This document shows positions 26,773 through 37,416 of a stretch of 64,000 bases of DNA, in pieces (the first letter of the stretch is position 1; the number at the start of each line of letters is the position of its first letter). The translations under genes and the position numbers were made by a program. This DNA comes from an uncultured archaeon. Its GTDB lineage: Archaea; Iainarchaeota; Iainarchaeia; Iainarchaeales; JAAZKV01. The notes beneath the pieces are model-generated. The model was given only the letters and a program-made list of their open reading frames with translations, searched no databases and was not told the DNA's origin. The stretch covers positions 5,606 through 69,605 of the forward strand of contig CABMEU010000024.1 of the NCBI GenBank assembly GCA_902385225.1. Reading direction: 5' to 3'.

Positions 26773-27948
26773 ATGGAGAATAATGAAAGAGTCATAATTT
26801 TTGACACTACTCTTAGGGACGGGGAGCAGAGCCCCGGCGCGAGCATGACAAAGGAAGACAAGATTACTGTCGCCCGCGGGCTTGATGCTCTTGGAGTGGA
26901 TGTTATTGAGGCGGGTTTTCCTGTTTCAAATCAAAAAGATTTTGAGGTATTCAAAATAATTTCAAAGGAACTAAATGCCCAGCTCTGCGGGCTTGCAAGA
27001 TGCGTGGAAAAAGATATTGAAGTCGCCTGGAGTGCGGTTAAGGAAGCGAAGAACCCCAGAATCCATGCTTTTCTTGCGACTAGTGATATTCATTTGAAGC
27101 ACAAGCTCGGCATCTCAAGAGAGGAAGCGCTTAGCAGAATAAAAAAACAGGTGGCTTACGCAAAAAGCCTCTGCCAAAATATTGAGTTCTCGGCTGAGGA
27201 TGCCTCGCGCACTGACCCTGAATTTCTTAAGCTCGCATTCAGAACAGCGATTGAAAGCGGAGCGACTACATTAAACATTCCTGATACTGTGGGTTATTCC
27301 CAGCCAAAGGAATTTGGGAGAATTGTTGAGAGTATTGCGCAGATGAAGGAAGTGAGAGAGAATAAAGTGAATATTAGTGTTCACTGCCACGACGACCTCG
27401 GTCTTGCCACAGCAAATTCTCTTGAGGGAATACTCTCTGGAGCAGCGCAGATTGAGTGCACTATTAATGGAATAGGGGAGCGCGCGGGCAACACCGCTCT
27501 TGAGGAAGTTGTTATGGCGCTTATGACAAGAAAAGATTTTTACAAAAAAAGCACGGGAATTGTAACTGAACAGCTTGTTCCGATGAGCAGACTTGTTAGT
27601 GAGAAGACTTCAATGATAGTGCAAAAAAATAAATCGGTTGTTGGAGCGAATGCTTTTGCTCACGAATCCGGGGTGCATCAGCACGGCGTCATAATGCATA
27701 ACCAAAATTATGAAATTATGAGCGCGGCTAGTGTCGGAGCAAAGAGTAAAATTGTTCTTGGCAAGCTCTCGGGAAAGCACGCAGTTGAAGAATTTCTTAA
27801 AAGCAAGGGAATTCCTGCTACTGAGGAAGTTGTGAAGAATGCTCTTGAGGCGATTAAGGGCGCGGAAAAGAATGTGGAAATGGAGGAAGTGGTGCTTAGG
27901 TTAGCTGAAAAAGCGGGCACTTATTTCCCGAAAAAAGTTTTAATATGA
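26773..27948 (+). CDS. leuA: 2-isopropylmalate synthase, short form without the C-terminal regulatory domain
   Basis: DTTLRDGEQ, EAGFP, HCHDD, GERAGN, HESGVHQ and LGKLSG motifs; about 391 aa. Confidence 0.92.
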   Translation: MENNERVIIFDTTLRDGEQSPGASMTKEDKITVARGLDALGVDVIEAGFPVSNQKDFEVFKIISKELNAQLCGLARCVEKDIEVAWSAVKEAKNPRIHAFLATSDIHLKHKLGISREEALSRIKKQVAYAKSLCQNIEFSAEDASRTDPEFLKLAFRTAIESGATTLNIPDTVGYSQPKEFGRIVESIAQMKEVRENKVNISVHCHDDLGLATANSLEGILSGAAQIECTINGIGERAGNTALEEVVMALMTRKDFYKKSTGIVTEQLVPMSRLVSEKTSMIVQKNKSVVGANAFAHESGVHQHGVIMHNQNYEIMSAASVGAKSKIVLGKLSGKHAVEEFLKSKGIPATEEVVKNALEAIKGAEKNVEMEEVVLRLAEKAGTYFPKKVLI

Positions 27949-28006
27949 AAACGAGAAAGGAGAAGTTATATAGAGTTTGTTAGGGTGTTTTTTAGGTGCA
28001 TTCAGT

Positions 28007-29125
28007 ATGGGCGGGGAACATAAAATAGCATTAATTCCGGGGGACCTCAACGGGATAACCGTTACCATGGCGGCAGTGAAAGTTGTTGAATCAATGGGGC
28101 ACTTGCTCAAAAAACCGATTAATCACACCAGATTTGATTATAACGCTGATTATTTCCTGGCAAAAAACATTAAGGAGCTTGGAGAGGAGGAGCTTTCAGA
28201 GCTTAAACAATTCGACCAGATTTATCTTGGCGCAATCGGAGACCCTACAAAAATTAAGCCGGGAATACTTGAAGTTGGAATACTTCTCAAACTTAGGCAG
28301 GCGTTTGACCAGTATGTCAATCTCCGCCCTGTAATTCTTCCGGAAGGAGTCCCAAGCATAATTGTTGGAAAAACAAGCAGGGATATTAATTTTGAAATCT
28401 GCAGAGAGAATTCTGAAGGGCTCTATGTTGACGCTGGATGGATTGAGAAAAAAGGAACCGAAGAGGAAGCAGGCTATCAAATAATGAAATGCACTTACAA
28501 GGGGGTAAAACGGCTTGCGGAGTACGCGGTTATGCGGGCGCAAATGCGAAAAAAGGGAGCAAAGCCGGTAATTCATTTTGTATTCAAAACAAATGTGCTC
28601 ACTTATGCCGCTTCTCCTTGGCAGAGAGTATTTGATGAGTACAAAAAGCGCGCCGATATTGAGGCGAGGTATATGCACATCGATAATTTCTTGATGCAGA
28701 TGCTTCTCAACCCTGCGCAGTTTGATGTTGTGATAACAGAGAATATGTTCGGGGATATCGCAACCGATGCGGGTGCGGTAATTCAGGGGGGAATTGGTTC
28801 TGCGGTTAGCGGCAACATTAATCCTACCGGAAAATTTCCTTCAATGTATGAGCCAATTCACGGCACGGCTCCTGATAAATGGTATGAAACTACAAAGAAT
28901 GGGGAATATGTTCCGAACACTTTTGTAAAGGAAAAAGTTCAGGAAGTAAAACCCGAAGCGGCTTTCCTTTCTTATGCAATGATGCTTGAACAGATGGGCG
29001 AGAAGAGGGCGGCGGATGCGCTTAAGGACGCTGCGCTAAATAATATTAGAAACCCGGCGTATAAAACAAAAAAACTTGACGAGTTAGTTAATGACGCAAT
29101 AAAATTTGTTAGGGATAGGAAGTAG
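28007..29125 (+). CDS. leuB: 3-isopropylmalate dehydrogenase
   Basis: YVNLRP, RENSEG, ENMFGDI and YEPIHGTAPD motifs; operon context. Confidence 0.88.
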   Translation: MGGEHKIALIPGDLNGITVTMAAVKVVESMGHLLKKPINHTRFDYNADYFLAKNIKELGEEELSELKQFDQIYLGAIGDPTKIKPGILEVGILLKLRQAFDQYVNLRPVILPEGVPSIIVGKTSRDINFEICRENSEGLYVDAGWIEKKGTEEEAGYQIMKCTYKGVKRLAEYAVMRAQMRKKGAKPVIHFVFKTNVLTYAASPWQRVFDEYKKRADIEARYMHIDNFLMQMLLNPAQFDVVITENMFGDIATDAGAVIQGGIGSAVSGNINPTGKFPSMYEPIHGTAPDKWYETTKNGEYVPNTFVKEKVQEVKPEAAFLSYAMMLEQMGEKRAADALKDAALNNIRNPAYKTKKLDELVNDAIKFVRDRK

Positions 29126-29167
29126 AGCGAACAAAGTAAAGAATGAATGAAATTGTTTGGGGATTGC

Positions 29168-30562
29168 ATGTCAAAAAACACTTTGTATGATAAGGTTTGG
29201 AGTGCGCACACTATTTGGATACTTCCGACAGGACAGACACAGATATTTGTCGGAAGGCATTTGATTCATGAGGTGACTTCCCCTCAGGCGTTTGAAATGC
29301 TCCGCGATAGAAACCTCTCTGCCTCAATTCCGGAGCTTGCAACCGCGGTTGCTGACCATGTAATCCCCACTGATAATCACAAACGCCCTTTCGCTGATTC
29401 GCAGGCGGAGATAATGACAGCGGAGCTTGAAAAAAATGTAAAAGAATTTAATCTTAGATATTTTGCGCTTGATTCAGGGGCTCAGGGAGTATGCCATGTA
29501 ACTTTCTCCGAAGCAGGGTTAATTTGGCCGGGACAGCTTGTTGTCTGCGGGGACTCGCACACATGCACTTACGGGGCGTTTGGCGATCTCGCTTTTGGAA
29601 TTGGGACAACACAAGTTTCGCATGTGCTTGCTACACAAAGCATGGCGATGGAGAAACTTAAAGTCAGAAGAATTAATGTTACAGGAAAACTCAAAAAAGC
29701 AGTTACAACAAAGGATGTTGCTTTGCACATCATAAGGACTCTTGGAGTAAAGGGCGGAGTGGGCTTTGCCTATGAATTCGGCGGAAGTATAGTTGAAGCG
29801 ATGAGTATGGAAGAGAGAATGACTCTTTGCAATCTCGCTGTTGAGGGCGGAGCGCGCTTGGGCTATGTTAATCCCGACAAAACCACTTTTGATTACTTGA
29901 AAGGAAAACCATTCGCGCCAAAAAAAGAGTTTGAACGCGCGGTGAATTACTGGAGAGGGGTTGCCTCAGGCAGTGACGCGGAGTATGATGATATTGTTGA
30001 AATAAATGTTTCAGCACTTGAGCCGATAATCACTTGGGGAATAAACACGGAGCAGGGAATTAAGGTTTCTGAAAATGTTCCGGCTCTTGATTCGTTTAAT
30101 GGCAAAGCAAAGGAAGAGGCGCTTGACGCGTTTAATTATATGGGGCTTAGTGGCGGGCAAGCATTAATTGGAACAAAAGTTGATGTGGTCTTCATTGGCT
30201 CCTGCACAAACGGAAGACTCAGCGACCTAAAATTGGCGGCGGAGATAATTAAAGGAAAGAAAGTGAAAGTACGAACAATGGTTGTTTCTGGCTCTGAGGA
30301 AGTAAAAAAACAGGCTGAAGTGCTTGGGCTTGATAAAATATTCAAGGACGCAGGGTGCGAGTGGAGACTCCCTGGTTGTTCTATGTGCCTTGCGATGAAT
30401 CCGGATAAACTCGTTGGAAATCAAAGGAGTGCTTCAACTTCAAACAGGAATTTTAAAGGAAGACAGGGTTCGCCTAACGGACGAACTCACCTCATGAGCC
30501 CTTACACAGCGGCGGCGACCGCGGTTGAGGGAGTATTTGCCGACCCGAGGAAATACCTCTAA
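29168..30562 (+). CDS. leuC: 3-isopropylmalate dehydratase large subunit
   Basis: HEVTSPQAF, DSHT, GSCTN, GCSMC and STSNRNF motifs. Confidence 0.96.
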   Translation: MSKNTLYDKVWSAHTIWILPTGQTQIFVGRHLIHEVTSPQAFEMLRDRNLSASIPELATAVADHVIPTDNHKRPFADSQAEIMTAELEKNVKEFNLRYFALDSGAQGVCHVTFSEAGLIWPGQLVVCGDSHTCTYGAFGDLAFGIGTTQVSHVLATQSMAMEKLKVRRINVTGKLKKAVTTKDVALHIIRTLGVKGGVGFAYEFGGSIVEAMSMEERMTLCNLAVEGGARLGYVNPDKTTFDYLKGKPFAPKKEFERAVNYWRGVASGSDAEYDDIVEINVSALEPIITWGINTEQGIKVSENVPALDSFNGKAKEEALDAFNYMGLSGGQALIGTKVDVVFIGSCTNGRLSDLKLAAEIIKGKKVKVRTMVVSGSEEVKKQAEVLGLDKIFKDAGCEWRLPGCSMCLAMNPDKLVGNQRSASTSNRNFKGRQGSPNGRTHLMSPYTAAATAVEGVFADPRKYL

Positions 30563-30579
30563 TACATTAAGTGATTTTT

Positions 30580-31200
30580 ATGGATGAGTTTGTTATCAAA
30601 GAAAATATTATTTCAAGTGTTTTTGGAACAGGAATCCCAAAGCCCGCGAATGACCAGAACACTGATGATATTACCCCTGCAAGATTTCTAAAAGAAATTA
30701 CTTTCGCGAATATGGGAAAGTATGCTTATCTTGATGAGAGAGTTAAAGAAGGAAAAGAAATTCCAACTCACCCTTTCAATGATAAAAGATTCAAAAACGG
30801 CTCAATACTTGTAGCCGGAGCGAATTATGGTTGCGGCTCCTCAAGGGAGCATGCTCCGCAGGCGCTCCATAGGTTTGGGATACGCGCAATAATCGCCGAG
30901 AGCTTTGCGGAAATATTTGCGGGCAACTGCGCTTCGCTTGGAATTGTTGGAGTAACGGTTCCTGCAGAAGAAATCACTAAGCTTGTTGAGTTTATTAGAA
31001 AAACTCCTTCAGAAAAGATTGTTGTTAGTCTCGCTGATAAGAAAGTTAAGTATGGTGGAAGAGAGGTCTCATTCGAGATTCTTGAGGGGCGCAGGCAGGC
31101 CTTTCTTAACGGAACATGGGATGCTTTAACAATACTTCAGCAGAACGCGCAAGGAATCGCGAAAGTTAAGGCAAGTCTTCCTTATTTGGGGTTTAAGTGA
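30580..31200 (+). CDS. leuD: 3-isopropylmalate dehydratase small subunit
   Basis: TDDITPARFL, NYGCGSSREHA and SFAEIF motifs. Confidence 0.96.
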   Translation: MDEFVIKENIISSVFGTGIPKPANDQNTDDITPARFLKEITFANMGKYAYLDERVKEGKEIPTHPFNDKRFKNGSILVAGANYGCGSSREHAPQALHRFGIRAIIAESFAEIFAGNCASLGIVGVTVPAEEITKLVEFIRKTPSEKIVVSLADKKVKYGGREVSFEILEGRRQAFLNGTWDALTILQQNAQGIAKVKASLPYLGFK

Positions 31201-31205
31201 TTTTG

Positions 31206-32906
31206 ATGAGAGGCACTGAAAGCATACTAAAGGCGCTTATTGCAAACAAGACTAAGCACATTTTCGGCTTTCCAGGAGGAACAGTAATTCCTCTTTACGA
31301 CGAGCTGCTTAATTTTGAAAAAGACTTACGGCACATTCTTGTAAGGCACGAGCAGTGCGCGGCGCATGCGGCTGACGGCTATGCGAGGGCGAGCGGGGGC
31401 GCGGGCGTATGTCTTGCCACTAGCGGTCCCGGTGCAACTAATCTTGTTACGGGAATTATGACAGCATATATGGATTCAAGTCCGTTAATTGCGCTCGCGG
31501 GAAACGTCCCGACTACTTTGCTTGGAAACGATGCTTTTCAGGAAACTGATATGATTGGAGTCACTCTTCCGATTACGAAGCACAATTTCCAAATCAGGAG
31601 CGCAAATAATATTACATCCACAATAAACAACGCATTTACTATCGCGTTAAACGGAAGACCGGGACCGGTTTTTATTGATATTCCAAAGGATGTTCAGCTC
31701 AATCAGGTAACTAACGAGAAACCGACTCAGAAAATCGAGGGATTTAATCCGGTTCTAAAAGGACACCCTGAACAAATCAAACGCGCGGCGAAAATGATTC
31801 TTGATGCACAGCGACCAGTGATTATCGCAGGCGGGGGAATAATCATAAGCAACGCGAGCCATGAACTTTCAAAAATTGTTGAATCATTCAATCTCCCAGT
31901 CACAAGCACATTCATGGGAAAAAGCTGTATCGAGGAAACTCACCCGCTTTACCTTGGGGTAGTTGGGATGCACGGAAGAAAAACCGCGAACTATGCGGTA
32001 GGAAATGCTGATGTTATTGTCGCAATTGGATGCCGCTTCAGCGACAGAATTACGGGGGATGTTAAAACATTTGCTCCTGAGGCAAAAATAATTCACATTG
32101 ATATTGATTCTGCGGAAATTGGGAAAAATGTGCGAGCCGACCTTCCGATTGTCGGGGACGCAAAGCATATCCTTGCCGAGCTTCTTGATGCGATGAGGGC
32201 GCATGCGAAGAAAGGAAAAACCGAGTGGAGCAAAAAGATGGAGAAATTCATTAAGGAGTGCAACTGCGGATTTGATATTTCAAATAATCCGATTGACCCA
32301 AGAAAAATAATTCACGAACTCAACAAAGTGCTTGCTCCGCATGATATTGTTACTGCCGGAACCGGCCAGCACCAGATGTTCGCCGCGCACTTCCTTAAGC
32401 GCTCGCTCCCAAGAACATTTATCTCAAGCGGGGGCGCTGGAACAATGGGTTTTGGTTTTCCTTCTGCGATTGGAGCAAAGGTTGCAAAACCGAATTCGCA
32501 GGTTATTGATGTTGACGGAGACGGGAGTTTTGCGATGGTAATGCAGGAGCTTGCGACTTGCAAAGAAGAGCACATCAAAGTTATCCCTCTTATTTTCAAC
32601 AACTCATATCTTGGAATGGTCCGCCAATGGCAGGAATTATTCCACAACAAACGCTACTCTGGGGTGCGCTTGAACAGAACACCAAACTTTGCGAAAGTTG
32701 CGCAGGCTTACGGCTTAAAGGGACTCACGGTTGACCGCGAGAGCGAAATAAATAAATCGCTCAAAGAGGCGCTCGCTCATGATGAGACTGTTCTTGTTGA
32801 TGTTCTTGTAAGAGAAGAATCAAATATTCTCCCAATGTTTGCCTCGGGAACTAAACACACTGACATGTTCGGCGGATGCATTAAAGTAAAGGGAGAGTTA
32901 TTCTGA
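31206..32906 (+). CDS. ilvB: Acetolactate synthase large subunit
   Basis: VRHEQ, TSGPGATN, GRPGPV and GDGSF...NN...GMVRQWQ motifs. Confidence 0.96.
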   Translation: MRGTESILKALIANKTKHIFGFPGGTVIPLYDELLNFEKDLRHILVRHEQCAAHAADGYARASGGAGVCLATSGPGATNLVTGIMTAYMDSSPLIALAGNVPTTLLGNDAFQETDMIGVTLPITKHNFQIRSANNITSTINNAFTIALNGRPGPVFIDIPKDVQLNQVTNEKPTQKIEGFNPVLKGHPEQIKRAAKMILDAQRPVIIAGGGIIISNASHELSKIVESFNLPVTSTFMGKSCIEETHPLYLGVVGMHGRKTANYAVGNADVIVAIGCRFSDRITGDVKTFAPEAKIIHIDIDSAEIGKNVRADLPIVGDAKHILAELLDAMRAHAKKGKTEWSKKMEKFIKECNCGFDISNNPIDPRKIIHELNKVLAPHDIVTAGTGQHQMFAAHFLKRSLPRTFISSGGAGTMGFGFPSAIGAKVAKPNSQVIDVDGDGSFAMVMQELATCKEEHIKVIPLIFNNSYLGMVRQWQELFHNKRYSGVRLNRTPNFAKVAQAYGLKGLTVDRESEINKSLKEALAHDETVLVDVLVREESNILPMFASGTKHTDMFGGCIKVKGELF

Positions 32907-32960
32907 GCTGAGGGGAGTTTTTGCAAAGAGAAATTATTTCAAAACAACATGGTGAAATGA

Positions 32961-33473
32961 ATGGCTAATGGAAACGGCAATGGCAATGGTTCAGGCGAAA
33001 TGAAGAAGCACATAATCGGGCTTCTTGTAGAAGACCACCCCGGTGTGCTTGGCAGACTCACTGGATTGTTCTTAAGAAGAGGATTTAACATTGACACTAT
33101 TATTGTCGGGAGTACTGCAAAGGCAGGGGTTTCTCACATCGTTATTAGTCTTCTTGGGGATGACAAAACTCTGGAGCAGCTTGAGAAACAGGTTTACAAA
33201 ATTGTTGATGTGCTTAAAGTAATTGAACTCTCAAAAGGGAGTGTAATTAGGGAGCACTGCCTTGTGAAAGTGAATTCCACGCCAAAGACGCGGCAGGATA
33301 TAATTAATTTTGCCCAATTGAATAAAGGAAATGTGCTTGAGGCAAATGCAAACAGTATTTTAATTGAGATTGCTGCTGAACCAGCTAAAATTGATGATTT
33401 AGTTGAGGCATTAAAGCCTTTTGGAATAAAAGAATTAAGCAGAACAGGCATTAACGCAATGCTAAGAAAGTAA
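32961..33473 (+). CDS. ilvH: Acetolactate synthase regulatory subunit
   Basis: ACT domain VEDHPGVLGR...RRGFNID and ELSRTG; NG-repeat N-terminus. Confidence 0.93.
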   Translation: MANGNGNGNGSGEMKKHIIGLLVEDHPGVLGRLTGLFLRRGFNIDTIIVGSTAKAGVSHIVISLLGDDKTLEQLEKQVYKIVDVLKVIELSKGSVIREHCLVKVNSTPKTRQDIINFAQLNKGNVLEANANSILIEIAAEPAKIDDLVEALKPFGIKELSRTGINAMLRK

Positions 33474-33498
33474 TATTTAGTTAAAGGAGGAATTTTGG

Positions 33499-34482
33499 AT
33501 GAAAGTATACACAGACAAAGATGCAAGCCTTGATGCGCTAAAAGGACTCACGGTCGCCGTGATTGGCTTTGGTGCACAGGGAAGAGCACAGGCATTATGC
33601 ATGCGTGACTCGGGAGTTAGCGTTGTTATGGGGCTGAGGCCTGATGGAGACTCCGCAAAAGAGGCTAAGAAGGAAGGGCTCACCGTCCTGTCAATAAGCG
33701 AAGCCGCAAAGAAAGCGGATATTGTGCACATATTAATTCCTGATGAAGTGCAGGGAGATGTTTACGCAAAAGAAATCGCTCCGTACATGAAGAAAGGAAA
33801 AACGTTATCATTCTCGCACGGATTCAATATTTCATTCAAAAAAATAACTCCTCCAAAAGATATTGATGTGTTAATGGTTGCGCCAAAATCGCCTGGAACT
33901 GAGGAAAGAAAAAGATACTTAGAGGGATTTGGTGTGCCAGGACTGCTTGCGGTTTATCAGGATGCAAGCGGCAAGGCAAAAGCAAGAGGGCTTGCTATGG
34001 CAAAAGCATGCGGTTTCACAAGAGCAGGAGTAATTGAATGCACTTTCCAGCAGGAAGCATTCGAGGATTTGTTCGGCGAGCAGGCAGTTCTCTGCGGGGG
34101 ATTATCCGAACTAATCAAAGCAGGATTTGAAACACTAACTAATGCAGGGTATCCACCCGAAATGGCTTACTTTGAGTGTCTCCACGAAATGAAACTCATA
34201 GTTGACCTTGTTTATGAAGGGGGGCTTGCTTACATGTGGGATGTTGTAAGTAACACCGCGGAGTACGGCGGGCGAACCAGAGGAAAAATGATTATCAATG
34301 AAAACACTCGCAAGGTGATGAAGCAAATGCTTGCGGATGTTGAATCAGGAAAATTCGCCACCGAGTGGATTAACGAATACAAAGCGGGAATTCCTAACCT
34401 TACAAGAATGAGGGAAGAGGAAGCAAAGCACCCTATTGAAGTGGTGGGAAGAGAAATTAGGGCAATGTTCAAAAAGAAATAA
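33499..34482 (+). CDS. ilvC: Ketol-acid reductoisomerase
   Basis: GFGAQG, HGFNI, APKSPG, DLFGEQ and SNTAEYG motifs. Confidence 0.97.
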   Translation: MKVYTDKDASLDALKGLTVAVIGFGAQGRAQALCMRDSGVSVVMGLRPDGDSAKEAKKEGLTVLSISEAAKKADIVHILIPDEVQGDVYAKEIAPYMKKGKTLSFSHGFNISFKKITPPKDIDVLMVAPKSPGTEERKRYLEGFGVPGLLAVYQDASGKAKARGLAMAKACGFTRAGVIECTFQQEAFEDLFGEQAVLCGGLSELIKAGFETLTNAGYPPEMAYFECLHEMKLIVDLVYEGGLAYMWDVVSNTAEYGGRTRGKMIINENTRKVMKQMLADVESGKFATEWINEYKAGIPNLTRMREEEAKHPIEVVGREIRAMFKKK

Positions 34483-34507
34483 AATTCAGCAATTCGGATG
34501 GATGAAA

Positions 34508-36148
34508 ATGAATACAGCGCAAATCAAAGAGCTTCCTGCGGCAAAGAGCCTTTTTCTCGCTGATGGCGTGAAGAAGGATTCTTTGAAGAAACCCTTTATC
34601 GCGATTGTGAATTCACAGTGCGATATAGTTCCGGGGCACATCCACCTCGGGAAGCTTGGCGAAGAGGCAAAGAAAGGTGTAATCGCAGCAGGAGGAGTTC
34701 CGTTTGAATTCCACACAATCGCGATTTGTGATGGTATCGCAATGGGTCATGAGGGAATGAAATATTCTCTTCCATCAAGAGAAATAATTGCTGATTCTAT
34801 TGAGGCGATGATTAAGGGGCACGGGGTATTTGACGGGGCAATATTTATTTGCTCCTGCGATAAAATTGTTCCGGGTCACTTAATGGCGGCGCTTCGCTGC
34901 AATCTTCCAAGCGTGTTTGTTACAGGCGGACCAATGATGCCTGGCAGTCGCAACGGAAAAGGAATGGATGTAAAGGATTCTTTTGCGGCAAAAGGCGCGC
35001 TTGAGGGAAAAAAAATCACTCCGGAAGAGTATGAGGATATTATTTGCAACTCCTGCCCTGGCGCTGGAAGCTGCGCTGGGCTTTTTACCGCCAACTCAAT
35101 GGCGTGCATTGTTGAAGCCTTGGGATTTTCGGAGGGTATGTGCGCAACCACTCACGCGATAACAAAGGAAAAAGGAATTCAGGCATTTAACGCGGGGGCA
35201 AAGGTTCTTTCGCTTATCAAATCAAACACCCGCGCGAAGGATATTGCTACAAAAGACGCTTTTATGAACGCTCTTCGTGTGGACATGGCGATTGGGGCGA
35301 GCACAAATACTATTCTTCACTTGCCCGATATTGCAAAGGAAGCGGGAATTATAATTACGCTTGATAATATGGATGAGGTTTCAAAAAGCACTCCAAACTT
35401 AGTGAAAATTTCTCCAAGTAGTTCGTTTAGAATGATTGATTTGCATAATGCGGGGGGAATTCCTGCAGTACTTGCGGAACTTTCTAAGAAGAATTTAATT
35501 TTGAACACAAAAACGATTGATGGTAAAATGCTTGAGCGAATCAAGGCTGCAAAAATCACAAACACAGAAGTAATTCACACAATTGCTACTCCATATTCCC
35601 AAACCGGCGGAATTAGTATTCTTTACGGCAACCTCGCGGAGAAAGGCGCAGTGATTAAATCAGCGGGGGTTGGAATAACTGAGAAAGTGTTTGATGGAAA
35701 CGCTGTTTGTTTTGATGATGAGGACTCCTGCTCGAAGTATATTGAAAGCGGGAAAGTGAAGAAGGGTGATGTTATTGTTATTCGGTATGTTGGTAAAGCC
35801 GGCGCGCCGGGGATGCCTGAAATGCTTTACCCGACCTCAGCAATTAGCGGGCTAGGGCTTGACAAGGATGTTGCTTTGATAACAGATGGACGTTTTAGCG
35901 GCGCAACAAAAGGAATTAGTATTGGTCATGTTGATCCTGAAGCGGCTCTTGGCGGAAACATCGCGCTCGCAGAGAACGGCGACAAAATCAAAATTGACCT
36001 TGAAAAGAAACGAATTGATTTAATCATAAGCGATAAAGAACTTGCTGCGCGGAGAACAAAGCTCAGAAACAAAATGAAAGAGCTGCCTGAAGGGATGCTA
36101 AAGAGATATAGGAAGAATATACTTGAGCAAAACAAGGGCTCAAACTAA
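34508..36148 (+). CDS. ilvD: Dihydroxy-acid dehydratase
   Basis: [22 protein letters not shown] and TDGRFSG motifs. Confidence 0.97.
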   Translation: MNTAQIKELPAAKSLFLADGVKKDSLKKPFIAIVNSQCDIVPGHIHLGKLGEEAKKGVIAAGGVPFEFHTIAICDGIAMGHEGMKYSLPSREIIADSIEAMIKGHGVFDGAIFICSCDKIVPGHLMAALRCNLPSVFVTGGPMMPGSRNGKGMDVKDSFAAKGALEGKKITPEEYEDIICNSCPGAGSCAGLFTANSMACIVEALGFSEGMCATTHAITKEKGIQAFNAGAKVLSLIKSNTRAKDIATKDAFMNALRVDMAIGASTNTILHLPDIAKEAGIIITLDNMDEVSKSTPNLVKISPSSSFRMIDLHNAGGIPAVLAELSKKNLILNTKTIDGKMLERIKAAKITNTEVIHTIATPYSQTGGISILYGNLAEKGAVIKSAGVGITEKVFDGNAVCFDDEDSCSKYIESGKVKKGDVIVIRYVGKAGAPGMPEMLYPTSAISGLGLDKDVALITDGRFSGATKGISIGHVDPEAALGGNIALAENGDKIKIDLEKKRIDLIISDKELAARRTKLRNKMKELPEGMLKRYRKNILEQNKGSN

Positions 36149-36168
36149 ACTCCAAATTAAATTGCAAT

Positions 36169-36972
36169 TTATAGTTTTATCTTCGTACTCGTTATTTCTT
36201 TTCCACTAAGCGCTTTTTCTAAATTTCCTTCTTTAAGCAAATTAAATATTTCTGCAGGCACCCCGTTTAATTGTTTTGCGAGTTTCTCAAGTTTTCCTTT
36301 CATTCCGCCGGTTACATCAACAGAATTTGAGTGAGACGCTTTTTCTAAAACTTCTTCAAGATTCTCTTTATTAATATTTAAAATTAGTTCCGCATTTTTG
36401 TCAACTTTTGGGTCCGCAGTGTAAATCCCATCTACATCTGTCCCCATCAAAACCTTTTTTGGCTTCAAGTGCTCTGCAAGCTGCGCAACAACAACATCCC
36501 CGCTCATCGGACTCCAAACAAGTTCATCATCTTTTACCATTATCCCGGCGGTGATTGGCACAAGGCCTTCATCAAGCGCTTTTCCATAAGGTAAAATAGA
36601 AAACCCCGTAACTTTTTTTCCTGATTGGATGCAAACTTCATATCCGGGAATATATTTTGTTTTTACTCCGGCCTTCTTGAGCGCTTTTGCGACTTCCTTT
36701 CCGACAAAATCACATGCTTCATTTGTAATCTTTACCCCTTCACGCTGTTTCTCTGTTTTTATTCCATTATTCAAATCGTATTTCACAACATTTGTGTGCC
36801 CAAACGGTCCGACACCGCAAACAAGTGCCACCTGTAACTCTTTTTGCTTTTCTAAAGCATCCGCCAGCTCATTAGCCGCCTGAGTAAGAACAGCTTTGTT
36901 CATTTCGAATTTGTTCTCCGATTTTTTTGTAATAGAAGAACCGCCGAATTTTATTACGATTAAGTTTTTCAC
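36169..36972 (-). CDS. ipk: Isopentenyl phosphate kinase (amino acid kinase fold)
   Basis: KFGGSSIT, GPFGH (IPK His), SGD, TDVDG and DVTGGM motifs; at the end of the mevalonate operon. Confidence 0.9.
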   Translation of the reverse strand: MKNLIVIKFGGSSITKKSENKFEMNKAVLTQAANELADALEKQKELQVALVCGVGPFGHTNVVKYDLNNGIKTEKQREGVKITNEACDFVGKEVAKALKKAGVKTKYIPGYEVCIQSGKKVTGFSILPYGKALDEGLVPITAGIMVKDDELVWSPMSGDVVVAQLAEHLKPKKVLMGTDVDGIYTADPKVDKNAELILNINKENLEEVLEKASHSNSVDVTGGMKGKLEKLAKQLNGVPAEIFNLLKEGNLEKALSGKEITSTKIKL

Positions 36973-36993
36973 TTAAATTCACCAAGAAGAAAA

Positions 36994-37380
36994 CTATTGT
37001 ACTTCAACAATTCCTTTTTCAGCATCAACTTTTACTTTTTGCCCTGTTTTGATTTTTGAAATATCTATTTTATCAACGCACGGGATTTCAGCGATAATTG
37101 CTCCTACCGCAACAATTGTTTCGCATTCAGAATTAATTATTGCTTTAGGCGCTGTGCCCTCTTTTTTCATTCTATAAAGCGCATAGCTTCCTACAGTTGA
37201 GCCTTTTCCTTGCGGGAAAACCAAAATCTTTCCTGAAATACTCTGCCCTTCAAGCGGGTGACCTTTTTCAGTTACTGTTCCTTTATTGTCAACTCCGCCA
37301 AAGAAACTAATTCCTTGCGCTGACACAAGCGCTTCCCCTTCAGCTTTTCCGCTTTTAATTGTTCTTCCTTTCATTTCCAT
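36994..37380 (-). CDS. Phosphomevalonate dehydratase small subunit (aconitase X swivel, DUF126)
   Basis: ISFFGGVD, HPLEG and GKGSTVGSY motifs. Confidence 0.9.
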   Translation of the reverse strand: MEMKGRTIKSGKAEGEALVSAQGISFFGGVDNKGTVTEKGHPLEGQSISGKILVFPQGKGSTVGSYALYRMKKEGTAPKAIINSECETIVAVGAIIAEIPCVDKIDISKIKTGQKVKVDAEKGIVEVQ

Positions 37381-37416
37381 AACTACCAAATCCATTTCCC
37401 GCAAATTAACTTCAAT

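Noticed and set aside
26679..26861. 60-aa minus-strand ORF near the leu leader
   Set aside because: It overlaps the leuA 5' end in antisense and has no supporting motif.
32961..32995. NG repeat at the IlvH N-terminus as a functional repeat
   Set aside because: It is a short low-complexity tail, and translation may start at the downstream MKKH.
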